A stretch of DNA of 64,000 nucleotides, from NCBI GenBank assembly GCA_016839945.1, contig JAEOTE010000007.1, forward strand, positions 96,001-160,000. The letters are read 5' to 3'. How positions within the stretch are numbered: position 1 is the first letter of the stretch; each line of letters begins with the position of its first letter. This document shows positions 8,901-17,713 of this stretch, piece by piece. The stretch is from Candidatus Heimdallarchaeota archaeon (GTDB taxonomy: Archaea > Asgardarchaeota > Heimdallarchaeia > Heimdallarchaeales > Heimdallarchaeaceae). Position numbers and translations under genes: made by a program. The notes under the pieces are model-generated. The model saw only the letters and a list, made by a program, of their open reading frames with translations, was not told the origin of the DNA and did not search any database.

Positions 8901-9710
8901 TTGAAACACCAGTTGGTGAACAATTTGTCAGGAGAAAATGAAGGTATATCAGTCGGTGACGCAATAAAGATTACAGAATTAGAAAACAAAGTACAGACAT
9001 TGCAAACTAAAATCGATGAGCTTGAAAGTTTGAAGAATGAGTTTGAAGAGAAAAACAGCAACCTTAATCGAGAGTTAACTGAACATAAAAGCAGACTTGA
9101 TGCTTTAAGTGATGTTGAAAATCTTAAAACTACTCTAGAGAACGAAGCTTTAACTCTTAAAGAGGAAAATTCTCAATTAAAAGAAGCCAAAGAAAGCAAT
9201 GAAAATGAGATTCAACAACTCAAAAATGAAGTTATGAGAAAAGATACTGAAATGGCTAATGTTAAAAGAGATTTAGATACAAAGAGTGAAGAGCATCAAG
9301 ATAAACAAAATACAATCGATAAGCTCAGAGAAAATGTTACAGAAATAGAAAGTGCTAAAACTGAATTAGAAGCACAAACAGAACAACTAAGGGATGAAAA
9401 AGCTACACTTGAGAATAAATATAATGAACTTTTAGCAGATTCCTCAAGACTTGAGCAGATTAAGAACGATCTTAGACAAAAAGAAGAAGCTCTAAAAAGA
9501 TTCCAAATAATAGCTGAATCAGATCCTTCCTATAGTTGGCTTTCAACTCTAGAACAATACAAAGTAATAGAGTTAAAACGTTTAGCAATGTCAACTGGAT
9601 CATCAACACATGCGATTCTTAGATATGTCCAAATGCTTGAAGCAGCTGGACTTGTTGATATTGAAATGCATGGAAAGGATGACCCAAATCCAACAATAAA
9701 ACTCAAATAA
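8901..9710 (+). CDS. Long coiled-coil protein with C-terminal winged-helix-like domain
   Basis: ~190 aa of heptad repeats, then DPSYSWLSTL...LKRLAMSTG....ILRYVQMLEAAGLVDI (wHTH pattern). Confidence 0.7.
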   Translation: MKHQLVNNLSGENEGISVGDAIKITELENKVQTLQTKIDELESLKNEFEEKNSNLNRELTEHKSRLDALSDVENLKTTLENEALTLKEENSQLKEAKESNENEIQQLKNEVMRKDTEMANVKRDLDTKSEEHQDKQNTIDKLRENVTEIESAKTELEAQTEQLRDEKATLENKYNELLADSSRLEQIKNDLRQKEEALKRFQIIAESDPSYSWLSTLEQYKVIELKRLAMSTGSSTHAILRYVQMLEAAGLVDIEMHGKDDPNPTIKLK

Positions 9711-9824
9711 ATAAATTATTCAAATCTTTTTTTTCTATTTTTTATGAATACCATTAATAGTTTTATTTAATGTATTCTAGATAACTTTATTAGAATCAGT
9801 TGTGATAAATTTTTAGCGATTAGA

Positions 9825-9980
9825 ATGGTAAATGAAACTAAAATAAAAGTAAATGGTGAAGAAGTTCCTTTAAATCAATTTGTTATTAAAATCACATCTA
9901 AGCTGGTTTTAGCTATTGTTGAATCACTTAAAGGATTAGAAGAGGATATCAAAGAAGTTCAAATAAATGTAAAATACTAA
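9825..9980 (+). CDS. Small 51-aa protein resembling the stand-alone C-terminal domain of MobB-type proteins
   Basis: Below the ORF-track cutoff. MVNETKIKVNGEEVPLNQFVIKITSKLVLAIVESLKGLEEDIKEVQINVKY contains the VNGxxxPLNxFV...SLKG pattern. Confidence 0.7.
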   Translation: MVNETKIKVNGEEVPLNQFVIKITSKLVLAIVESLKGLEEDIKEVQINVKY

Positions 9981-10041
9981 GAGTATCTGATTCTTAACCT
10001 TGCTAATAAACTTTAAAACTAACTTGTTGATTTCTCTTCCT

Positions 10042-10989
10042 ATGAATTCCAATCAATTTTCAAGAAAGGAGATTATACTTTCATACATTACAATTCTAAG
10101 ATTGGTTAATGGTTTAGTTGCAGGTACAGCAGCAGCTTTTGGAATTGTATTGTCTCTACCTTTAGGAGTAAAAGTAGATTACCTTACATTAGCCTTAGTT
10201 GTTATAGGAACAATATTCGTATCTTCACAAGCTATGATATTTAATGATATTTCAGATAGAGAAGAAGATAAAATAAATTCTCCACACAGACCATTACCTT
10301 CAGGGAAAATTTCTGTAAAAACAGCCAAGATTTATGGAATTATTTTCGTGGTTCTTGCGTTACTTACAGCTGTAGCGATTGATATAATTAATCCAGAATT
10401 ATATGGATTAACTGTAATTACTGCAATACTCTTTGGTGGTTCATTAGATCTCTACAACATTAAATTGAAAAAGATGGGATTCTGGGGAAACCTTACTATT
10501 GGAATTAATGTAGTAGCTCTTTTTGCATATGGTTCAATTCATACTTTTCTTATTCATACAGGAATTGGTTTACCATGGATTCCAATTGTGGTTGGGGCTT
10601 GTGCTGGGTCCGGAAATGTTGGTAGGGAAGTAATAAAAGGACTTCCTGATATCGAAGGAGATAGAGAAGCAGGTGTAAGAACAATTGCTGTTAAGTATGG
10701 TCCTAAGGTTACAGCAATAATAGGATCACTTTTTCTTTGGGGTTTAATCTCGGGAGCACTAATCGCTGCAATCCTACCAATGTTTGTAGAAACAACACCC
10801 CCTCTTTACTTAGCAAGTCAGATAATAGTTTATCTAATCGCCATATTAGCAACATTTCTAGCTATAGCAATACTATTTAACCAGAAACCCAAGTGGGCTT
10901 ACACTACTAAGGAGATACTATTGTTTGTTTTCTTAGCTTTCTTACTTGTATTTATCATTGATAAGATTGTAAGACTAGCTCTAGGTTAG
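10042..10989 (+). CDS. UbiA-family prenyltransferase, probable digeranylgeranylglyceryl phosphate synthase
   Basis: NDISDREEDKINSPHRPLPSG, YN.KLK, REVIKGLPDIEGDREAGVRTIA; multiple TM helices. Confidence 0.88.
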   Translation: MNSNQFSRKEIILSYITILRLVNGLVAGTAAAFGIVLSLPLGVKVDYLTLALVVIGTIFVSSQAMIFNDISDREEDKINSPHRPLPSGKISVKTAKIYGIIFVVLALLTAVAIDIINPELYGLTVITAILFGGSLDLYNIKLKKMGFWGNLTIGINVVALFAYGSIHTFLIHTGIGLPWIPIVVGACAGSGNVGREVIKGLPDIEGDREAGVRTIAVKYGPKVTAIIGSLFLWGLISGALIAAILPMFVETTPPLYLASQIIVYLIAILATFLAIAILFNQKPKWAYTTKEILLFVFLAFLLVFIIDKIVRLALG

Positions 10990-10994
10990 CAAAC

Positions 10995-11261
10995 TTATCT
11001 CTTTCTTATAACTTGATATACTAAAGGATTAAATGCATCTGGACACGCATGAGTAGATACATCTTTATCTTCTAACCAAGGAAATTCAGCTCCATAAGCC
11101 ATTGCAAATACTTTTGGCAAAACTGAATATAGAGCATGTAAACACACTTTCCCTTTAATTTCATTAGTGTCAAAATTTAGAACAATTTCGTCACCAACTT
11201 TGTGGTCAGCAGCACAGTTTCCTTCTTGACTTATTACTTTCAGAATTATTTCAAATGCCAT
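10995..11261 (-). CDS. TIGR04076-family small Cys-containing protein
   Basis: GNCAADHKVGD, KVCLHAL, ACPDAFNP pattern. Confidence 0.8.
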   Translation of the reverse strand: MAFEIILKVISQEGNCAADHKVGDEIVLNFDTNEIKGKVCLHALYSVLPKVFAMAYGAEFPWLEDKDVSTHACPDAFNPLVYQVIRKR

Positions 11262-11312
11262 GAAATTGCTCAAACTTCTAAATTTAAATACTTTATTCTT
11301 TTATAATAGAAT

Positions 11313-12389
11313 ATGAATGGGAAGTATGTGTATGATATTATCATTGAAGGAAACAATCTTACAGCTACAACTCTTGCATACTTTCTATCACTTAACTACA
11401 AAAACAAATCAATTGCTTTAATACAAAGAGAAGATGTACCAAATCGTTCATTCTTTACACCTAATATAGTTGCACCAGTTTTTGAATTATCTGATGAATT
11501 TATGAGTAGTGTTTTCAAAAGTAGTAAAGAAAAGCTAATAGAAGTGCATTCTATTTCAGGACATTTTGAATACTCTCAACTTTCACTAATTCTATTATAC
11601 AAAGAATTGGAAACGCAAGAAATAAGAAAAAATCATGAAAAAAAACTAACAAATTCTGAAATAAAGTATAAGCATTTATCACAAGAAGAGATTTCATCCT
11701 ATTATCCTTTCATCTCATCAGGAGAAGAGATTAAAATTACAGAAATCTATGAATCTTTTACCTGTTCAGATGTAAATGATTTAATGGTTGTTTTTCAAAA
11801 ATTAGCAGAGGAAAATGGAGTAGAAATAATAGGAAATGCGAGTAAGTTAAATTTCTATGAGAAAGAAGGTATTTTTGAAACGGAAGATAATGAATTTACT
11901 CCAAATGAGTTTTCAATAGTTACATCACCAGGATTTAATAGAATAAAAAGCATTGTTGACCAACAAGTTCTAAGAGTCACAACACCAATTCTTGAGAATT
12001 TTCCTAGAGTAAATCTTGTAGATGTTAGCACTCATACTCAAATGTGGTTAGAAGAATCAGGCTATTTCCAAATCTTCAGAGTTTTTAATGAGGTAGAAGA
12101 AAAGCAATGTGTTAAACAAATAAAAGATAATTTTAAAAGATTGTTTCCGTTGCTTGGAGTTTTACAAACAATTGATTCAAACTTCATAAATCTAAAAACA
12201 AATACTTCCTTAGAAGATTCTGTAGGAACTTTTGATAAGTCAAAAACATATTATTTTCATATTCCTTCTCAAATGGAATTATCAATTATTCCAAGTATAG
12301 CAGAAAGGTTTTCGATTTTACAAAAGAAAAATGAAACTGAATTTTTATCTGATATCTCGTTAAGAAAGATTCTTAGCTCAGAAAAATAA
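11313..12389 (+). CDS. Degenerate FAD-dependent oxidoreductase (DAO/glycine oxidase fold)-like protein
   Basis: YDIIIEGNNLTATTLAYFLS, LSQEEISSYYPFI, AEENGVEII match the DAO family layout, but GxGxxG is lost. Confidence 0.6.
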   Translation: MNGKYVYDIIIEGNNLTATTLAYFLSLNYKNKSIALIQREDVPNRSFFTPNIVAPVFELSDEFMSSVFKSSKEKLIEVHSISGHFEYSQLSLILLYKELETQEIRKNHEKKLTNSEIKYKHLSQEEISSYYPFISSGEEIKITEIYESFTCSDVNDLMVVFQKLAEENGVEIIGNASKLNFYEKEGIFETEDNEFTPNEFSIVTSPGFNRIKSIVDQQVLRVTTPILENFPRVNLVDVSTHTQMWLEESGYFQIFRVFNEVEEKQCVKQIKDNFKRLFPLLGVLQTIDSNFINLKTNTSLEDSVGTFDKSKTYYFHIPSQMELSIIPSIAERFSILQKKNETEFLSDISLRKILSSEK

Positions 12390-12398
12390 GTCAAGTTA

Positions 12399-14756
12399 TT
12401 ATTTTGAGTACTCTACTAGGAATTCATCAAATTTCATTTGTTTATCATGAAAATACCTCCTTAAAACTCTTGTATGAATCTTAAGAAGTTGTTTTGATAA
12501 ACTTGAGATTTTCTTATCTTTTGCAGCTGTTTTTATCAATACCAAAATTATTTCAGCATTTAATCCTCGAGATTTATTCGCAAAGGTTTTTCTTCCTTCA
12601 GCATTTAGTTTTTTCATTTCTTTAATAATGAATTTAGTACTTTCCTGTCCAAGATTATTCAGAGCTTTTATTCCTAGTTTATGTTCTTCCTCAACCACTT
12701 TTTTAACAGCTTCAGGAACGATAGATGTTTCTCTAGCTAATGAAAGGAGAATTACAAGTCTATCTTTAGTTTTGGTAGTTTTTATTTTACCATAGTATTT
12801 TTTCAGAGGATTAGCAGCATTTTTACCCATGTTTTTAATAACTTGCTGAAGATTGTTAAACCACCTTTCATCAGCTGTTTTTAATTTAGGAAGTATTATG
12901 TCAAGGATTTTGCTATCCATTTGACCAAGAGCTTTTATTGTGGATTTTACTAAGTTTTGATTAGGAGCTGATAATTTATCTGAAAGTTTTTTCACAATTG
13001 GAGCACCAATTTGAACTGCAGCATATACAGCTGCTTCTCTTACCAATATTTTTGGTCTTCTCATATTATCAATAATAACATCAACGACTCCTGGATCCTT
13101 TAACTCACCTAAAGCTCTTGTTGATATTTCAGCAATTGAATCATCATTATCTTTTGCTGCTCTTATTAATGTCATTAGTGCTCGTTTGTGTTTTATTTTT
13201 CTAAGAGATTCAACCGCTTTTCGTCTTAGATTTATATTTGGATCAGATAAAATTGATGAAAGAATTGGTACGGATTTTGCACCAAATTGGTTAAGAAGTT
13301 CACATGCTTTTTCTCTTATTATAGGATCGATTTCTTTCAAAGATTTCTCTAATAGTTGAAAAAGCTCATCATTTATATCTCTGAATTTACCTTTATGAAT
13401 AGCGAATGAATGCCCTAAATCTTGTAGTTCTTTTTCTGGATAATAGATGTACAAAATTGTACCTAACTTAACAACTTGAGGTAAATTAACATCCAATAAT
13501 CCATCGAGAGCCAGTTCAATGTTCTCATTACCGAAATAATGTAAAACTTCTATTGCGTTTTTTCTAAGTTGTAAATCATCTTCAGTTAATTCCTCTATTA
13601 GAACGCGAATTGAAGGTGTTCCAAGTGTGAGTAAAGCTTGTGTAACTGCTTCGATGATTGATGGATTCTTTCCTGCTAATTGTGTAGTTAATAAACGAAT
13701 TGCCCCTTCATACCCATATTTCTGGCTCATTACTAAAGTTAGACAATGAGCGGCATTTTTTCTTACATTTTTCTTCCCTTTATGAAGAGCATCCATTAAA
13801 TAATCATAGCTTTCATCACCAATTCTTTTCATAGTTTCAATAATAAAAGGTACATTTTTGTCCTCTTCAAGAGCAGTTATTAAATGGGGGAGAACACTCT
13901 CTCCAATCAGTGCTAACGATTTAGCAGCATAATATCCTGCTGGGTCACCTTTTTTGAATTGTTTAACTAAAATGGTTGTAGCCTTGGGACTCCCTAAATT
14001 ACCAAGAGCTTCGATTATAGATAGTTGAGTATCTATTGTATCATCAAAGTTAGATAATCTGTCAATGAGAATGCTAGAGTTCTTTGGATCATCAACATGC
14101 ATAAGAGCTAGAGATGCATATTTAACATGCTCTTGCTTATCTGTTTTTGAAACTAAAGTTCTAAGTTCTTTCACTATTAAATGAGTTAATTCCGGATATT
14201 TGGTTAATGTGAGTAAGGTAAGCTCTGGAAAAGTAGGATTGAATTGATTCATTCTAAAAGCTAATATCTTTTTTATGCTCTTAGGATGCTCTGATATAAA
14301 GTTAAAATCTATGAAGGTTTCTTCATAGTTCGAAAAAGAAGAATAACAAGTTCTTGCAGAAAGTTCAGCTAGAGTTGAAGAAACGGGTGTTACTGAATAT
14401 GATGCTTTGATTGAATTGAATATATCTCCAGGTTTAAGCGATGTTATAATTTCACAAAGAATTTCAAAGCTCTCTTCTTTAACTAAGTAATCTGCTAGAA
14501 GAGAGATAAAATGATCAAGCTTTTCAATAATCACTTCTCGGATTTGAGGATCAGGTTTTTTTATGTATGCTTTTAGAATCTTCTCTGTAGGAACATAGGA
14601 GGTACTGAAAAGCAGTTTGAGTGCATTTCTTCTAATAATGACATCATTGTCTACTAAAAAATCAACCAAAATATCATAATCTTTTATATTTTCTAATTTT
14701 ATTTTTTCAATCTCATCTTCCTCATGGAGAAGAAGTTTCAATTGCTCCTTATTCAA
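12399..14756 (-). CDS. HEAT-repeat (PBS-lyase-like) alpha-solenoid protein
   Basis: Repeated units such as VRKNAAHCL, LRKNAIEVL, IREKACELL, LRRKAVESL, VREAAVYA. Confidence 0.88.
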   Translation of the reverse strand: MNKEQLKLLLHEEDEIEKIKLENIKDYDILVDFLVDNDVIIRRNALKLLFSTSYVPTEKILKAYIKKPDPQIREVIIEKLDHFISLLADYLVKEESFEILCEIITSLKPGDIFNSIKASYSVTPVSSTLAELSARTCYSSFSNYEETFIDFNFISEHPKSIKKILAFRMNQFNPTFPELTLLTLTKYPELTHLIVKELRTLVSKTDKQEHVKYASLALMHVDDPKNSSILIDRLSNFDDTIDTQLSIIEALGNLGSPKATTILVKQFKKGDPAGYYAAKSLALIGESVLPHLITALEEDKNVPFIIETMKRIGDESYDYLMDALHKGKKNVRKNAAHCLTLVMSQKYGYEGAIRLLTTQLAGKNPSIIEAVTQALLTLGTPSIRVLIEELTEDDLQLRKNAIEVLHYFGNENIELALDGLLDVNLPQVVKLGTILYIYYPEKELQDLGHSFAIHKGKFRDINDELFQLLEKSLKEIDPIIREKACELLNQFGAKSVPILSSILSDPNINLRRKAVESLRKIKHKRALMTLIRAAKDNDDSIAEISTRALGELKDPGVVDVIIDNMRRPKILVREAAVYAAVQIGAPIVKKLSDKLSAPNQNLVKSTIKALGQMDSKILDIILPKLKTADERWFNNLQQVIKNMGKNAANPLKKYYGKIKTTKTKDRLVILLSLARETSIVPEAVKKVVEEEHKLGIKALNNLGQESTKFIIKEMKKLNAEGRKTFANKSRGLNAEIILVLIKTAAKDKKISSLSKQLLKIHTRVLRRYFHDKQMKFDEFLVEYSK

Positions 14757-15352
14757 GGAGTCTTCCCCCTCATATCTTTCCGATATTGCAAGTAATTTAT
14801 AATCTCAGTTCCTAGTTCCTCAAAAGCATTTTGAACATTTTCCCCAGTTTTGGCAGAAGTTTCAAAATACTTTACTTTGAATCCTTTGGATCCGTAGCTA
14901 GAATTCAGTTCTTCTATGAATTTCATAACTCTCTCACTTACTGATTCCCTTCTACTTTTTGAAATAAGATCCATTTTATTCCCTAATATGAAGAAAGGTA
15001 CAATACCTCTTTCAGTTCCCTTTTCAAGTTCTTTAACCCATTTTTCTAATTTCTTTAGAGTTGTTATCTTGGTTGCATCAAACACCATTAGTGCACCTAA
15101 TGCTCCTCTATAATACATCATTCTTACTTTCTCAAAGATATCTTGACCGGCTATATCCCAGATTTGATACAAAATAGAGATGTTGTTTACCGTCTTTGGT
15201 AATGATGCAAAATCTGCTCCTATTGTTTCTAAATGATTAGTAATAAAACTCTCGCCAAGATAAGATCTTCTAAGACTTGTTTTTCCAACTGCTCCTTCTC
15301 CCGCAAGAATAACCTTCAAGTAAAGTTTCTGTCCATAACTCACATTATTCAC
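14753..15352 (-). CDS. Rab-like small GTPase (Ras superfamily)
   Basis: GEGAVGKTS, TIGADF, QIWDIAGQ, YYRGA, NKMD, ETSAKTG. Confidence 0.93.
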   Translation of the reverse strand: MNNVSYGQKLYLKVILAGEGAVGKTSLRRSYLGESFITNHLETIGADFASLPKTVNNISILYQIWDIAGQDIFEKVRMMYYRGALGALMVFDATKITTLKKLEKWVKELEKGTERGIVPFFILGNKMDLISKSRRESVSERVMKFIEELNSSYGSKGFKVKYFETSAKTGENVQNAFEELGTEIINYLQYRKDMRGKTP

Positions 15353-17124
15353 GTCTTTTTATTTGATGCAATATTTCCTTCTTCATTAATTCTACCTAGT
15401 TTCTTATTTAAGAATTTAAACATTGAGGAAAGAGGAGAAAAAAGAGTAAAAATTAGTACAAAAGAACCTAGTAAAATTGTTAGAAAATAGAGAAATCCAC
15501 CATTGAGTATCAAGCCTAGATTTGGAGTTATTATCATTCCAACAATGAAATTATTTGCTACATGTAGGAAAATTGCAGCGTGTAATCCATATTTATAGAA
15601 TGCATATCCAAAAACCAATCCTGCTACAGCTGCTTGAACTATTTTCCCTTCTAACCAATTACCTGGATGATAATGGACATAACCAAAACAAAATGATGAA
15701 AATATCAGAAAAACAAAATCAAAGAATTCAAATTTTTTCCATCTTCCAGTTAAATAAAGAAGAGGATTTTTTAATTCTCTTTCAGTTAGAAATTTTGTTA
15801 ATTTCGACTTCTGCTTATTCTCTTTTCTTCTTCTTAACATTATAAATTGGACGATTTTTATACAAACAAAATATAAGCCATTGAGTACAAACAAAGGTAG
15901 TCCAAATAAGATCCATCGGTAGGTAATTTCTTCATGAAAACCAGCCCAAAATGCTCTAGACATTTCAACATAAAGCTGATCAAGATCAATAGAAATTTGT
16001 GATATAATTGGAACCCCTAGATTCATTAGAATTGTTATTAAAAGAGTTGAAAGAGCAATATTCAAGCAGAGTAAGTTTATAACCGGAATTAAATCACTCT
16101 TTTTAGCAGTGGAAATAAGTTTTGAAAATCTACTCCTTTTTGATTCAGGAATTCTTTCAACAGGGATATATCCTTCATAATTAATTTTTTGATTAAGAAT
16201 ATTGAAAGCTATGTTATCAAGTGAATCTTCTTCCAAAAATTTATCTTCTTTTGATATCTTTTCCTTTTCTTTTTTATCTTTAGGAAGATAAATTAAAAGA
16301 AATAGAATTCCAAAAAGAGCTAAAGACATAAGCGATTGAGCAAGTTTCCAGTCAACTATTATTGATTTAGGTAATTCTATAAATTTGAAGAAATCCTGCC
16401 TAAAACCTGTAGAAGGATTATAACTATATTCAAAATTTGGGAAAGTAAAAATTAAAGTTTCAACTCTACTTGATGCAGGAATAGATGGATAGATAATAAA
16501 GACAAGTAGATTGGCTAGTAATAGAGATAAGCCAATGAATAACATCATATTATTCCACTTGTTTTTAATGGAATATTCAACTTGTCTTACAGCTGATTCT
16601 ATACCAAGTTCTGGTTTGTCTGGGATTAAAACCTCTTTATAAAAAAGGAGACCAAGGTGTTTCTCTATCCCGGAATACAGGAATATTCCAACAAGTATAC
16701 TAAATAGCGATAATTGAATTAATTCTAAGAGGGTGATAGAGATATTTGTCAACACAGATATTGTATTGAGAGAGGAGAAATAAATAACTAGAGAGTATGC
16801 ACCTACTCCAAGATAGAAGGGTAAAAAGAAAAGGAATACACTCTTCAACGGTTGATCTTTCCTATCGATATCATTCTTAACAAACCATCTTCTAAAGAGC
16901 CAACCATAAATTATAAATGTTATAATTGCAAGAAAATATAACAAAATTGTGTAATAGGATATTGATGGAAAGTATGCTTTTAGTACAACATTTAAAGTAG
17001 TTAAAACACTAACAATTGTTACTATAATTAAAGAATGAAATAAAAAATTCTGAAATCTCATTAGTACCAATTGTCCTTTTTTAAGTAACGTCTCAATTCT
17101 TATCAAGTTATAGGTATTTATCAA
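15349..17124 (-). CDS. CPBP-family (Rce1/type II CAAX protease-like) intramembrane protease with extended N-terminal multi-TM region
   Basis: AGFHEEITYRW (EExxxR), FGYVHY (FxxxH), AAIFLHVANN (HxxxN). Real start may be ATG 17061. Confidence 0.85.
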   Translation of the reverse strand: MINTYNLIRIETLLKKGQLVLMRFQNFLFHSLIIVTIVSVLTTLNVVLKAYFPSISYYTILLYFLAIITFIIYGWLFRRWFVKNDIDRKDQPLKSVFLFFLPFYLGVGAYSLVIYFSSLNTISVLTNISITLLELIQLSLFSILVGIFLYSGIEKHLGLLFYKEVLIPDKPELGIESAVRQVEYSIKNKWNNMMLFIGLSLLLANLLVFIIYPSIPASSRVETLIFTFPNFEYSYNPSTGFRQDFFKFIELPKSIIVDWKLAQSLMSLALFGILFLLIYLPKDKKEKEKISKEDKFLEEDSLDNIAFNILNQKINYEGYIPVERIPESKRSRFSKLISTAKKSDLIPVINLLCLNIALSTLLITILMNLGVPIISQISIDLDQLYVEMSRAFWAGFHEEITYRWILFGLPLFVLNGLYFVCIKIVQFIMLRRRKENKQKSKLTKFLTERELKNPLLYLTGRWKKFEFFDFVFLIFSSFCFGYVHYHPGNWLEGKIVQAAVAGLVFGYAFYKYGLHAAIFLHVANNFIVGMIITPNLGLILNGGFLYFLTILLGSFVLIFTLFSPLSSMFKFLNKKLGRINEEGNIASNKKT

Positions 17125-17227
17125 TTTTTATTTTTCTCCTCAAACGGAAAAACTTTTAAAAGTTCTTCATGCAATTTAACAATACTCAATTTACGTACAA
17201 TTGATAACTGGTTTACAGGTGAAAAAA

Positions 17228-17644
17228 ATGAGTAAAAAAGAAACAGATGAAAAAGTAGACGCAAAAGAAGAAGTCGAAGAAGAAGTCGAAGAAGAAGTCA
17301 AAGAAGAAGTCAAAGAAGAAAAAAAAGCGACTAAAAAGGCAGCTCCTAGGAAAAAAGAAGAAAGCCAAATAATCTATATCGGAAAGAAAAATACTATTAG
17401 CTATGTGCTTGTAGCAGTAACAATATTAAACAAGAGTGATACTTGCGCTATCCAGGCAAGAGGAAGACAAATTTCAAAAGCCGTAGATGTCGCAGAAATA
17501 ACTCGAAGAAAATTCCTACAAGATATGGTTGAAGTATCAAAGGTTGAAATAGGTTCCGAAGAGCTCATGAGTGATAGGGAAGGGGAAGAGCCAACTACTA
17601 AAACTGTGTCTACAGTAGAAATAGTCCTGAAGAAAAAGAAATAG
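17228..17644 (+). CDS. alba: DNA/RNA-binding protein Alba with acidic N-terminal extension
   Basis: IYIGKKNTISYVLVA, ARGRQISKAVDVAE, VEIGSEE, VSTVEIVL. Confidence 0.93.
   Translation: MSKKETDEKVDAKEEVEEEVEEEVKEEVKEEKKATKKAAPRKKEESQIIYIGKKNTISYVLVAVTILNKSDTCAIQARGRQISKAVDVAEITRRKFLQDMVEVSKVEIGSEELMSDREGEEPTTKTVSTVEIVLKKKK
17267..17320 (+). repeat. Coding 12-bp tandem repeat (gaagaagtcgaa/gaagaagtcaaa) encoding EEVE/EEVK
   Basis: Directly visible. Confidence 0.85.
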
Positions 17645-17713
17645 TTCTTTAACTTGAGTAAAAAAACTTTTTCTTTAATTTTTTACATTTTATACTTTAT
17701 AATGTATATTATA

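Noticed and set aside
15349-17124. Abi/bacteriocin-immunity or anti-phage defence reading of the CPBP gene
   Set aside because: No toxin, bacteriocin or defence genes nearby; the context is GTPase/HEAT.
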